Shown piece after piece: positions 39,501 through 48,980 of a stretch of 64,000 nt of DNA. Position 1 is the first letter of the stretch; every line of letters starts with the position of its first letter. The DNA comes from Phoronis australis (Eukaryota; Animalia; Phoronida), in the NCBI GenBank assembly GCA_002633005.1, contig NMRA01000513.1, positions 124,001 to 188,000 on the forward strand, written 5' to 3'. Below the pieces are notes generated by a model. That model made no database searches and was not told where the DNA came from. It saw only the letters and a list, made by a program, of their open reading frames with translations. Both the position numbers and the translations under genes were made by a program.

Positions 39501-42500
39501 AGATCAGAACAGGTTTGCCACTTTGATAATTATTTTCCTATGGGAATGCCGCTTCTCGATTGGTGAGCAAATGACTTACTAGTCTGAAATAAAGCCATGA
39601 CTCACAACAGGCACCACTACTGAATAGCGATGTCGCTGTGCCTTATGCAAGAGATCACACGTTGTCAACCTGGAACTACAACTTAATGTCATTCCATGAT
39701 TTTGACTACGCTCACACAAATAATGATTCTTGAAGTAGAATTCCAAAAAAATTACAAATTACAACAAATCAATTAGTCACTAAAACTTTCCAGTGCGCTC
39801 CGTGACTGAATTTTCAAAAAATCGGTTAAAGTTGGTACAAAATTACTGGAAAGATGGTACGTACGCAAATTTGCTAACAGTAGTTAATCCAAAGCTGATG
39901 AGGATCACTTCTGGAGCTTTTTCATGGAATTCAAACTAAATTACTTTATTTTCCATTTGTTGTCATTACCATTACATTACCATTATGTGAAAACGACCCA
40001 CCAGCTGACAAAAAGATTATTTTTGATGGAGACCAATTAAGTTACTAGTACTGAGATTAGAATTGATCTCTGATTGTGGGGAGACCTGACAGTTCACTAG
40101 TTGCTAAAGGCCACTCTCCTCATATACAGTGACTCCATCTTTCATAATAAACATTAAATATAAAAACAATAGCGGATAGTCACGGATATATCAGGTGAGA
40201 GCTTGCATGATCTTGCATTTTTGCAGTCTCTTGGGTCTATGGAGCGCAGGTCGGGTTAACAGACAAGCTAAATTTAGTCATTAGTATTTGACACCATTTC
40301 ATACAGTGGAGCCTGCTTAATGTCACACCCTCGACTTTGATGTAAACATCATATATGATAATAAGAGGGATACTGCTTTAATTTCATTCGGTGCATTCCA
40401 ACTTGGCGGTGATCGTAACCACTCTCATAAGTGGATCGTGATAGAAGTGTAGACTAACAGGAAGACAGCTAAACAGGAAATGATTATCACGATTATCACG
40501 ATTACCCCAATTACAGAGAGTACGAGTACCACGAGTACCACTTTTAGCACTAGTTTCACTAGCTTCACTAGTTGCACTAGGTGCATTAGTTTCACTAATT
40601 ACACTAGTTGTACTAGGTGCATTAGTTTCACTAGTTTCACTTTTGATTATTTTTATTTTGATCATTTTTATTATTTTCATTATTTCCATTATTATTGTCA
40701 TGAAGGGCAACATGGATACAGTATAGATCAGAACAGGTATGCCACTTTGATAATTATTTTCTGACGTGATTGCCGCTTCTCGTTTAGTGAGCAAACGACG
40801 TACTTAGTTGCACTAGTTGCACTATTTGCACTAGTGCAACTAGTGCAACTCGTGATAATCGTGATAGTCATTTCCTGTTTAGCTGTCTTCCTGCTAGTCT
40901 ACACTTCTATCGTGATCCACCTATGAGAGTAGTTACGATCACCGCCAAATTGGAACGCACCGAATGGAATTAAAGCAGTATCACTCTTATTATCATATAT
41001 GATGTTTACATCAAAATCGAAGGTGTGACATTAAGCAGGCTCCACACTATTAAATGATGTCAAATATTAATGACTAAATTTAGCTTGTCTGTTTACCCGA
41101 CCTGCGCTCCATAGACGCAAGAGACTGAAAAATTGCAAGATCACGCAAGCTCTCACCTGATATACAGTGACTCCATCTTTCATAATAAACATTAAATATA
41201 AAAACAATAGAGGACAGTCACGGATATATCAGGTGAGAGCTTGAGTGATCTTGCATTTTTGCAGTCTCGTGTCTATGGAGCGCAGGTCGGGTTAACAGAC
41301 AAGCTAAATTTAGTCATTAGTATTTGACGCCATTTAATACAATAATAAATTTTGATGTAAACATCATATACGATAATAAGAGGGATACTACTTTAATTTC
41401 ATTCCTTGAGTTCCAACTTGGCGGTGATCGTAACCACTCTCATAAGTGGATCACGATAGAAGTGGAGACTAGCAGCAAGACAGCTAGACAGGAGATGAGA
41501 TATTATTACCCCTGGTATCCAGATACGATTAGGAAAATGAGCTTGTGAGAAATTACGCTACTTTTCACACAGAAAAGTGAAGGCACACGTCATGCTAACA
41601 AGCAGAAGAGAATTGATGTCGCTGATCTTTTAACGACAATATCGAGGAATGCGTCAATAAATCACGACATTAAGCGGGTTATTTCNTTACCATTACTGGC
41701 CAGTATATGTGAAAACGACCCACCAGCTGACAAAAAGATTAATTTTGATGGAGACCAATTAAATTACTAGTACTGAGATTAGAATTGATCTCTGATTGTG
41801 GGGAGACATGACAGTTCATTAGTTGCTTAAGTCCACACTCTTCACATACAGTGACTCCATCTTTCATAATAAACATTAAATATAAAAACAATAGAAGACA
41901 GTCACGGATATATCAGGTGAGAGCTTGCGTGATCTTGCATTTTTCAGACAGAAAAGTGAAGGCACACGTCATGCTAACAAGCAGAAGAGAATCGATGTCG
42001 CTGATCTTTTAACGACAATATCGAGGAATGCGTCAATAAATCACGACATTAAGCGGGTTATTTCACATGGTTTTAATGGCAAATAAGTATTTAACATTTC
42101 ATAACAATGACTGGGATATTCCATTATTGGGCATGACATTAAGTGACCTCCACAGCATTTAATAAACAAGTCTCACCTGGTTTGTTCGTACTGAACGCCA
42201 CCAGTCGACTGAAAACCTCAAAGATGCTGTCGAGATACGGTATGACGCCGTAAGGAATCATGGGAAGTATTGTGCAGAGAATGAGGAGCCCGCAGTTGAG
42301 GGTAGGGACGTCATTGTCGTGCTGCAATAGATCATCGTCACTGCAAAAACATCAACTACGAATTTGAAATTTTCTTAAACGAGAAGAGAATTGCAACAGC
42401 ACCTGAACTAAGTTCCTGACATTCATACTATTCCTGACCATTCAGAGACAGGTAAAACACAAATTTACAACACACAGCTATAGGAAAGAGGGCAAATAAT

Positions 42501-45500
42501 GGTCAGGGACCACACATTTTGAGAACCAGTTTTCTCCACTGAATAACAGGCATCGAACTGGTTCTCAAAATCCAAGACCCCTGTAAGTGACTTTTGCCCG
42601 GAAATGTGTGCGAAAGTTAATCAACACAAGCCTCATTGGTGCCATCAATAAAGAAATCCGAATTACAGCTGCACACCAGGAACTCATCTAGCGGCCGTCC
42701 TGGCCGTCCTTGGGACGGCCCTTTTAAAAAAATGACGGCTTTGGACTGCACGGCCAAGACGGAAAAAAGACGGCCTGTTCCAAAACAACCTCGGCGAAAA
42801 TGAAGGCTAAACAAAGAATTTTATTATTCCTTATTAATAAATTTTATTGAAACCTACGGTTCATTGTTTAAGTTTGCTAAATATTAAGAAATAACTCGAC
42901 ATTAGGAACTTTTGCCGTCTATTTTACTATATTTGTCACAATGACGATCGGCAAATACTGGCAGCCATCTTTGGGGAAAACCTTCCTGTTCTGTGACGTC
43001 AAGGTGACTTCATACGGAATCCCCGCACGACCAGTGTCGAGAAATATTGCATCCAGCGCTAACTACCCGTACATGGACATTTAATCTTTGAAATTGAAGA
43101 ACGCACACCCGAAGTTCAAAGGATTTGCCGTATCCTTAATGCTAGCTGCCAACGCGGAAGTTGAAGCGGCACTCGATGTATTCGACGGAGAGGCCAATTT
43201 GAAATAGCTGAGAACGTACACTTCGAAAAAAAAATGATACCCGCTTAAATTCTAGCATTGACCTGCCGTACAAATGCCATCAATGTCGTTGAACATGCAA
43301 ACCAGATAAAACTTAGCGCAAACTTCCATAGTTTGTTTGCATAGTTCCGTTGCAACTCGAATGAATGAATGAAAAAAATATTGAAAAATCCGCAAGGCCG
43401 AACGACTTGTTGAACAAGAAAAAGACATGCAAATAAGATGCAAGGAAATGACCTGATTTATGTAACAAATTTTTCCTCGGCGGTCGGGGGGAATCCCCCC
43501 CACCTCCCCCCCATCAGTGCTGAGCGCCTCAGATTTGCGCTTTGCACAACTCGTCAGTCTCACGAATTTGGACCCAAAATTTTCAAATTCTAGATGAGTC
43601 CCTGCTGCACACACAAACAATTTGTTCAATTCACTGTCAAAATTTTCTCATTTTTAATAGCAATTTTAATGGCATTTTAATGGATACTTCCAAACTGTGG
43701 GCACAAAGGATCTTGGTCCTGACCTATACTCCAACCTGGGATTTCTGCTAATGGTGGAGAGATCTTTTCTGACTTAACAATATGTCACGTGATGGGAGCA
43801 GCATAAGGCGTGTAAGAAGACCTAATTCTTACTTGTACGCTATCAACGTGCCGATTTATAACATTTATTTAGTATTACATTGATTTAGTGCTAACATCAC
43901 ATTCATTCAAAGAATTAACATTTCGATTTGAGCAACCACCGAGACAAATAACTACAGTGAACAGTCTCGATCAAAATCTACAGCTTTTCTCTGGCTAAAC
44001 ACCACATTACAGTCCTTTTAAACTATTAGTAACGCGCCCTCAATATCTGTTATTAAGATTACCTTCAGAGTCTTGATGAGGAGCCCAAACAGGGGATCCT
44101 TGACGATACGGTGTAGCCATGGTGGTTGTTTGCTTACAACGTGACTCAGAATCTTGAGCGAGGGCAATCTTGTACATTGGTACTTAATGCAATCGTGAAG
44201 TTTCTCGAACAAGTGCTGTACAAACATTCATAAAAAATTATTACTAGACAGTATTACATTTCAATTTAGTAACTTTTACAGTACACATTCTCTGTAATTG
44301 GTAGAAAGCCCGAAAACTATGATTTTTGACACGTCACCCTGTGTTTTTGGTAAAATTTAGGTAGACAAAGATGCACCAGATGTGGAAGTTTCAAAGTTTG
44401 GAATTTGAGAAAAATCTTAGACTTAAATCAAAAATGAACTTAAGTCAGTTTCTTAGAACATGCCCCAATACAACACACCAGTACACATTGAGCTTTGGCT
44501 TACAAAGGGTCATGTGATCTTGTTGTAGACCGTTTGAATTGTACATGGTGGAAATTTTACATCGTCAATCATTGTTAGGTAAGCATGGTTTGATGTTTGT
44601 TACTCCATGCACTAAACAACAACCTAATATCAGTTTGATTATTTGTGGCAATATGAATGCACTCATGTTCAATAAGTCACGTGATGTGGCCAACAGGTGG
44701 CGAGCAGACCAGACTTAAAAATTTTTGAGATATTTGTGGCAATATTACTGTGAAAGTCGCCTTTAGAAAAGCAAGGGAGAAAACTGAATGTTGTATCCCC
44801 ATTAAATTGTTTTACATCGGTTAATGCCACACAAAAACCACCTGTTCAAAAGATCTTTCATTTAACATTACATATTTTACACATCAGGTCACAAGGAACC
44901 ATTTCTAACCGTTTGTTTTGTCTAGACTTGAACACTGCAGGTCGTAGGTCACATCATAATGTGAAGGGTCACGCCCCCTTGACATAACCTCACTCACAAA
45001 GCAAAGTGAAGAAAAACAAATTGTCTTTGTGACACCATAACTGGTGGGCCAAGTGATCAAGACACAGGCACAACTGTACAGCACTAAGACAGTCAATAGG
45101 TACAGCAATGTAGTACCACTAAACAATGAAATTAGTGCAAAAATACACATTTGTTTCACGAATTTTATAATTACGGCCATTCTTTGAGACTCCAGCAGCT
45201 TTTTAACATTGCTGATCTTTGAAGAGCCGACAGGGTTTGAAAATGATAGCCGTGTTTAACTTAATTTTTTAGGGTTCTCTCTAAATGTATGGCCATTTTT
45301 AGTGAAAGGGAACATTGAAATGGAATCATAATTGTTTCAAATTTTTAGAAAGCTACACCGAGGTCTGCCAGTGTGTATAAGTGGCAGACAAGAACACTTA
45401 AAAAATAAAATCCACATACAAGCTTACAGTTCTTGTGTTCCAAATTCTGAGCCGTCTGCCCAAAAACTTTTACCTTTAATATATTTCCAGCAACCTTCTT

Positions 45501-46742
45501 CTAGGCATTTTCAATATTTTCCCCGTATTTCAATATGCTCAGAGGAAACAATTTTCAAAGCACAGATTATAAACAAACTTACCTTATCATGCGGTTCCCG
45601 AACTGCACACAAGATGTCTCTGGCTCTATCTGAATCGCACACATTGTGGTAGTCGACGAGCCCATTCAGCAACCATGCCTCTTTACCTGACGAAATTATT
45701 CACACATAGAGACTAGGTTTGAGAAAAAAAATCAGGCAGTTTACTTGAACTCACAGACTTGAAATACTAGGAAAAATAAATGGTGACATTATTTTGTAAT
45801 TTCTAGTGCTCTCCACAACCTATTTTGACTTGGTTACTGCCTCTAGTTTGAATTCTGCTGTGACAAGTTTAGCTTACTAGCATCGAGTTTGAAAACCTAC
45901 ACAATGAGTTTGCAGTATTAGTCATTTTTAAGCACATTATGACATTTTGGACTTTTGTATTTATTCCAAGTCTTAATAAACAATATCGTCACTATGGCCA
46001 CAGACTTTTGAAAAAATACATGATTTTGAAATTCCATACGAGTTTGACTTTTCTGTTATGCAGAGCAATTTGAGTCTGGTCTGCACGTCACCTGTTGGCC
46101 ACATCACATGAGATTAGGTTAGCAAATGCTTGTGATGTATCTTTCCACTCCAGTTCAAGATTTACACAATGCTTCATATTAGTTACAGTATTCACTCATA
46201 GATGGCGCCCCCGTCTTCGAACATTCATTAGGTGATATTAAACCCACAATACTGTGAGGGGTATGTAGACCAGGAAGATGTGCAATGGACTGGTGCCAAT
46301 CATCCTTGTCATGTAATGATGAACACTATTAGTAACCTCCTGAGGTCATTCTTCCTGGTTTTGAAATTTGACAAGTGAGCAAATCTTGACATCAGCCTAA
46401 TTAAAACTGTTCAAGGGCCAAAAATGGTTGTGGAGAACTGCCATCAACAATTTTGAAAAAATAATAATAAACAATATCTCTTGTGTTCCTTCAGATTGCA
46501 GGGAAACCTTTTTGTATGGGTTGCGGGAATATTGAAAGGCAATATGCAGAAAATTAAAGGCAATGAAAACAAAAGCAATTCAACTGCAACTCAAACTGGT
46601 GGTTCAACATTTTCTAACAATAGCGCCACCTACTGTCGTTGAGGTTGTCATGGATGAGAGTCTTTATCTCCTCGACAACCTGGAGGTCATTCGACTCCAG
46701 AAGGTTGAACAGTTCAGATGCATCAACTTGATGGACACTCAT
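24153..46742 (-). CDS. TSC1: Hamartin (tuberous sclerosis 1), complete, 16 coding exons, 3957 nt / about 1318 aa
   Basis: Hamartin motifs LVDY...[60 protein letters not shown] and WTHFGGAPPSDEI...[21 protein letters not shown], then a coiled coil. All introns are GT-AG with consistent phases. Confidence 0.97.
25832..25934 (-). CDS. TSC1: TSC1 coding exon 15 (AAESKYQSMRGVNTSLETYILQL)
   Basis: ccgcag / gtattt; resembles the hamartin C-terminal coil. Confidence 0.9.
26585..26665. repeat. About 20-bp minisatellite (catccaacaaatgagcatc) x4 next to a TSC1 donor
   Basis: Read directly. Confidence 0.75.
26673..26830 (-). CDS. TSC1: TSC1 coding exon 14
   Basis: tttttag / gtagg; coiled coil. Confidence 0.9.
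27308..27940 (-). CDS. TSC1: TSC1 coding exon 13 (coiled-coil core)
   Basis: [41 protein letters not shown]. Confidence 0.95.
28741..28895. mobile_element. Short MITE-like element (caggcagatccagg ... cctggatctgctcctg)
   Basis: Terminal inverted repeats related to those at 14594 and 49295. Confidence 0.7.
28936..29079 (-). CDS. TSC1: TSC1 coding exon 12 (SPSEILDRHI...WTHFGG)
   Basis: Conserved hamartin motif; cctgcag / gtcagt. Confidence 0.95.
29654..30394 (-). CDS. TSC1: TSC1 coding exon 11 (low-complexity middle region)
   Basis: gttgtag / gtaag; phase 1-1; within the 277-aa ORF. Confidence 0.85.
31682..32318 (-). CDS. TSC1: TSC1 coding exon 10
   Basis: Acceptor at 32318 (alternative 32312), donor gtatgt; contains the 200-aa ORF. 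Confidence 0.85.
32719..32801 (-). CDS. TSC1: TSC1 coding exon 9 (GMTSTPAPSPWETPRDSP)
   Basis: ccccag / gtgagg; phases fit. Confidence 0.85.
33754..33930. mobile_element. MITE-like element, same family as 59668-59983
   Basis: ttttaaaagtgagcttctttttaggttt ... aaacctaaaaagagtctcact inverted pair. Confidence 0.65.
34177..34383 (-). CDS. TSC1: TSC1 coding exon 8 ([16 protein letters not shown])
   Basis: cttttag / gtaag; conserved WSPS..CG.TTPP. Confidence 0.92.
34714..34871 (-). CDS. TSC1: TSC1 coding exon 7 ([20 protein letters not shown])
   Basis: Highly conserved motif; donor gtagg (alternative donor 9 nt further). Confidence 0.93.
34926..35030. mobile_element. About 105-bp palindromic hairpin element; relatives at 17569-17634, 42516-42597, 50161-50213
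   Basis: aaaagtcact...ttttgaaaaccagttt / aaactggttctcaaaa...agtgactttt. Confidence 0.75.
35952..36025 (-). CDS. TSC1: TSC1 coding exon 6 (PLLERIRFHPLLILSSKERE), 74 nt
   Basis: attctag / gtaggt; aligns to human PMMEHVRIHPELVTGSKD. Confidence 0.93.
36742..36896 (-). CDS. TSC1: TSC1 coding exon 5 ([17 protein letters not shown]), 155 nt
   Basis: Signature hamartin motif. Confidence 0.96.
36915..42065. repeat. Composite intronic repeat array: about 1.16-1.18 kb unit with embedded 9-mer (ACTAGTTGC/ACTAGTTTC) microsatellite, truncated copies and one inverted copy
   Basis: Block gacaccatttaatacagtggagcctgc...caggaaatga recurs at about 37415, 37936, 39092, 40276, 41311 and inverted at about 40866-41075. 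Block caacatgga.acagcatagatcagaacagg recurs at about 37131, 37853, 38297, 39481, 40706. Confidence 0.92.
37615..37803. repeat. (GTTGCACTA)n tandem repeat, about 20 copies
   Basis: Read directly; produces spurious (ALV)n and (QLV)n ORFs. Confidence 0.95.
42177..42321 (-). CDS. TSC1: TSC1 coding exon 4 (ILPMIP...FSRL), 145 nt
   Basis: attgcag / gtgaga. Confidence 0.95.
44063..44215 (-). CDS. TSC1: TSC1 coding exon 3 (HLFEKL...QPPWLHRI), 153 nt
   Basis: gtacag / gtaatc. Confidence 0.95.
45583..45686 (-). CDS. TSC1: TSC1 coding exon 2 (WLLNGLVDY...REPHDK), 104 nt
   Basis: tcgtcag / gtaagt. Confidence 0.95.
46634..46742 (-). CDS. TSC1: TSC1 coding exon 1 (MSVHQVDASELFNLLESNDL...)
   Basis: ATG at 46742, donor gtaggt. 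An acceptor at 46788-46789 implies an upstream non-coding exon. Confidence 0.92.
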
Positions 46743-47010
46743 TGGCTTGCAGGCACGACGCAATGGTACTAGAACATAGCGGCTTTCCTACAGGAGATAT
46801 TACGGCACTGAGTTACGAGTTAACCCCAAAATATGAAAGATTTGAGGGTATTAGAAATGTGAACAGTGATGTAAGGATAAATTTTCTTCTGTAGCCACTT
46901 AGTGTACATTGCAAGGCCCTCATTCCCTCAATTTAGGGGCCAAATATCGACCTTATTCCCCTCTAAAGATATTGAAAATCATGAAATAGTCAAACTAATA
47001 AAACTATTGA

Positions 47011-47190
47011 AATATCCCCCACATTTCGAGCAATGCGCTCTTTGTCAAGGGTGTGCTACAGACTGCTGAGTACATGTAGATGGCACAGGAGACCGAGACC
47101 ACATGGTGACATAGATCCATCTACGTGTACTAAGCAGTGTGTTGCACACCTTTGACAAAGAGCGCACCGCTTGAAACGTGGGGATATTTT
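47011..47190. mobile_element. 180-bp fold-back element with about 72-bp inverted arms
   Basis: aaatatccccc...gcgctctttgtcaagggtgtgc...tacatgtagatgg is mirrored by ccatctacgtgta...gcacacctttgacaaagagcgc...ggggatattt. Confidence 0.8.
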
Positions 47191-47874
47191 AAATTAGTAA
47201 AATCACTTATAACCCACACAGGTGATAATTCTGACTTCAATATAGGCCTACATGCTGAGAAGACGTCCTTCCATCACCAGCGACGAAATGCAAGAGAGCC
47301 CAGTTTCTTTCAGCAAGTCCCCAGTCTCGTGATACTATCTATATCATACATCAGTCCACCATAAACACTCAGACAAACAAGACCAGACAAGACAACAAAC
47401 ACCTATCTACGTTCACACGCAAGTTTCTTGTACAAACTTGTTCCATATCCACACTTCTTCGATGCCGCACGGTACAGTGAAAAGCACCGTAGCATGATCA
47501 AATACTGTCACAACCACCATAAAACCAACGCCTTACAATTCCTTATTATACCATACTTAGTACACTACAGGATAACGAGCAGCAATATCTGACGGCTTTT
47601 CACATTAAACAGAAAATTTGACTAGTGCTGCGAGTTTTTTTGTCCCAATATTACGTAGTATCTTTTGAGCAAATAATTCTTGTAATTCGAAACCAGCTAA
47701 TTAATAGATTGTCAGACGGTTTGCAGATGTTCTTATTTGACAGCTGCATGATCAACTCAGGTTGGGTTGTTTTTGGGTGTTTTAGATAAGAAATTTGTTA
47801 TTTTTAGTACTAAATAAAGGCAGTTTTTCTGGTCAAACAAAGAGATAAGACAAAAGCTTATAGTTGCATTCACA

Positions 47875-47900
47875 ATATATATATATATATATCTATATAT
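47875..47900. repeat. (AT)n microsatellite
   Basis: Read directly. Confidence 0.8.
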
Positions 47901-47996
47901 AGCAATTGATGTATTTTTCTATGCAGAAACATTTTTCTCATAATGCAACTGATCAGGGTGAGGCGTGCATTCAATGAAAGGACAGAACGCAAGTAC

Positions 47997-48814
47997 CTAG
48001 CTAAAATCTAGCCAAAGTCGCATGTTCTCACTTAAAATACACCGCAATATCTCACATAATCTCGCGAAGTCTTGCTTTTTAGAGAGGTTCTTATTATAGC
48101 GTTACTGAGCGTGAGACTTATTGTCTGATTTCACATAACAAATGGAAATGCTCGAGTCACACCCTACTAAAACGGTTTTGAGCATACTAGTCCTGTACTC
48201 TGGTACCTGACAAGTGACAGAGCTCAGTGTAGGCAGTGCCTGCCCTCTGTACTGAACTACTCAACTAGTCGAGCTAGCTGGTTCTGCAATAATTATTACT
48301 GACTATTGCTAGTGTACTACTGGTCGAATGTCAGATTCACATATCAGTTTCTACGAGCTTGTTCTGACTTTTATTTGCTGCTAAGGGAAAAATATTTTCT
48401 CTGAAATGAATTCAGATAATCAGTATCCAAAATAGTCTTCAGAACAAGTGTTCAAAGCATATTGCATAATACCTTCTGGAACAACTAGAAGCTACAATTT
48501 GTTCTGGAGCTTCTTTCCGATCCTTATCACGAGATTTCAGACATCTTGAAGTCAATACGTAAAGTAAATTTCCATGCCAGTTACAAAATTTAAGTAACAT
48601 AAACAAAAGTGTATCAGATCTACTTGAAACATTCTCAAATCAATATAGTAGTCAGCGTTGAGGGTGACTAACTAAATGAAAGTATTCTTTGTAATGACAC
48701 GTGAAAAATGTCGTCTCTTTGACCTGTATTGACCTATATTTACATGACGTGTTTGACAAAAACATGGTCGACATCGTGGGTTTGACGTTTTGACAGACCT
48801 CTTCGCTGTTTGCC
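47997..48814. promoter_or_regulatory. Putative divergent promoter region for TSC1 (-) and SNAPC4 (+)
   Basis: Start codons diverge 2.07 kb apart. There is a TCTCGCGA motif at 48060, a candidate minus-strand donor at 47995-47996, and CpG-richer sequence at about 48650-49050. Confidence 0.5.
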
Positions 48815-48980
48815 ATGGATGATAACGAAGACATTTTGTCCAGAGATGAGCGGCGGGAGTTGCAGGAAGATACAGTGCGTATACAGGAAGCCCTTGCGGC
48901 AGCTAGTGGCGACTCAGACTCCGAGGACGATGACGGGGAACAATACATGCCGTTTCGACCACTAGAGATTGAGCTCAATC
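48815..48980 (+). CDS. SNAPC4: SNAPC4 exon 1 (MDDNEDILSRDERREL...)
   Basis: gccATGg context, acidic N-terminus, donor gtacgt. Confidence 0.85.

Noticed and set aside
36836-40794. Repetitive ORFs such as (ALV)n, (QLV)n and (TSE)n resembling antifreeze or mucin proteins
   Set aside because: Translations of the 9-bp microsatellite inside a TSC1 intron.
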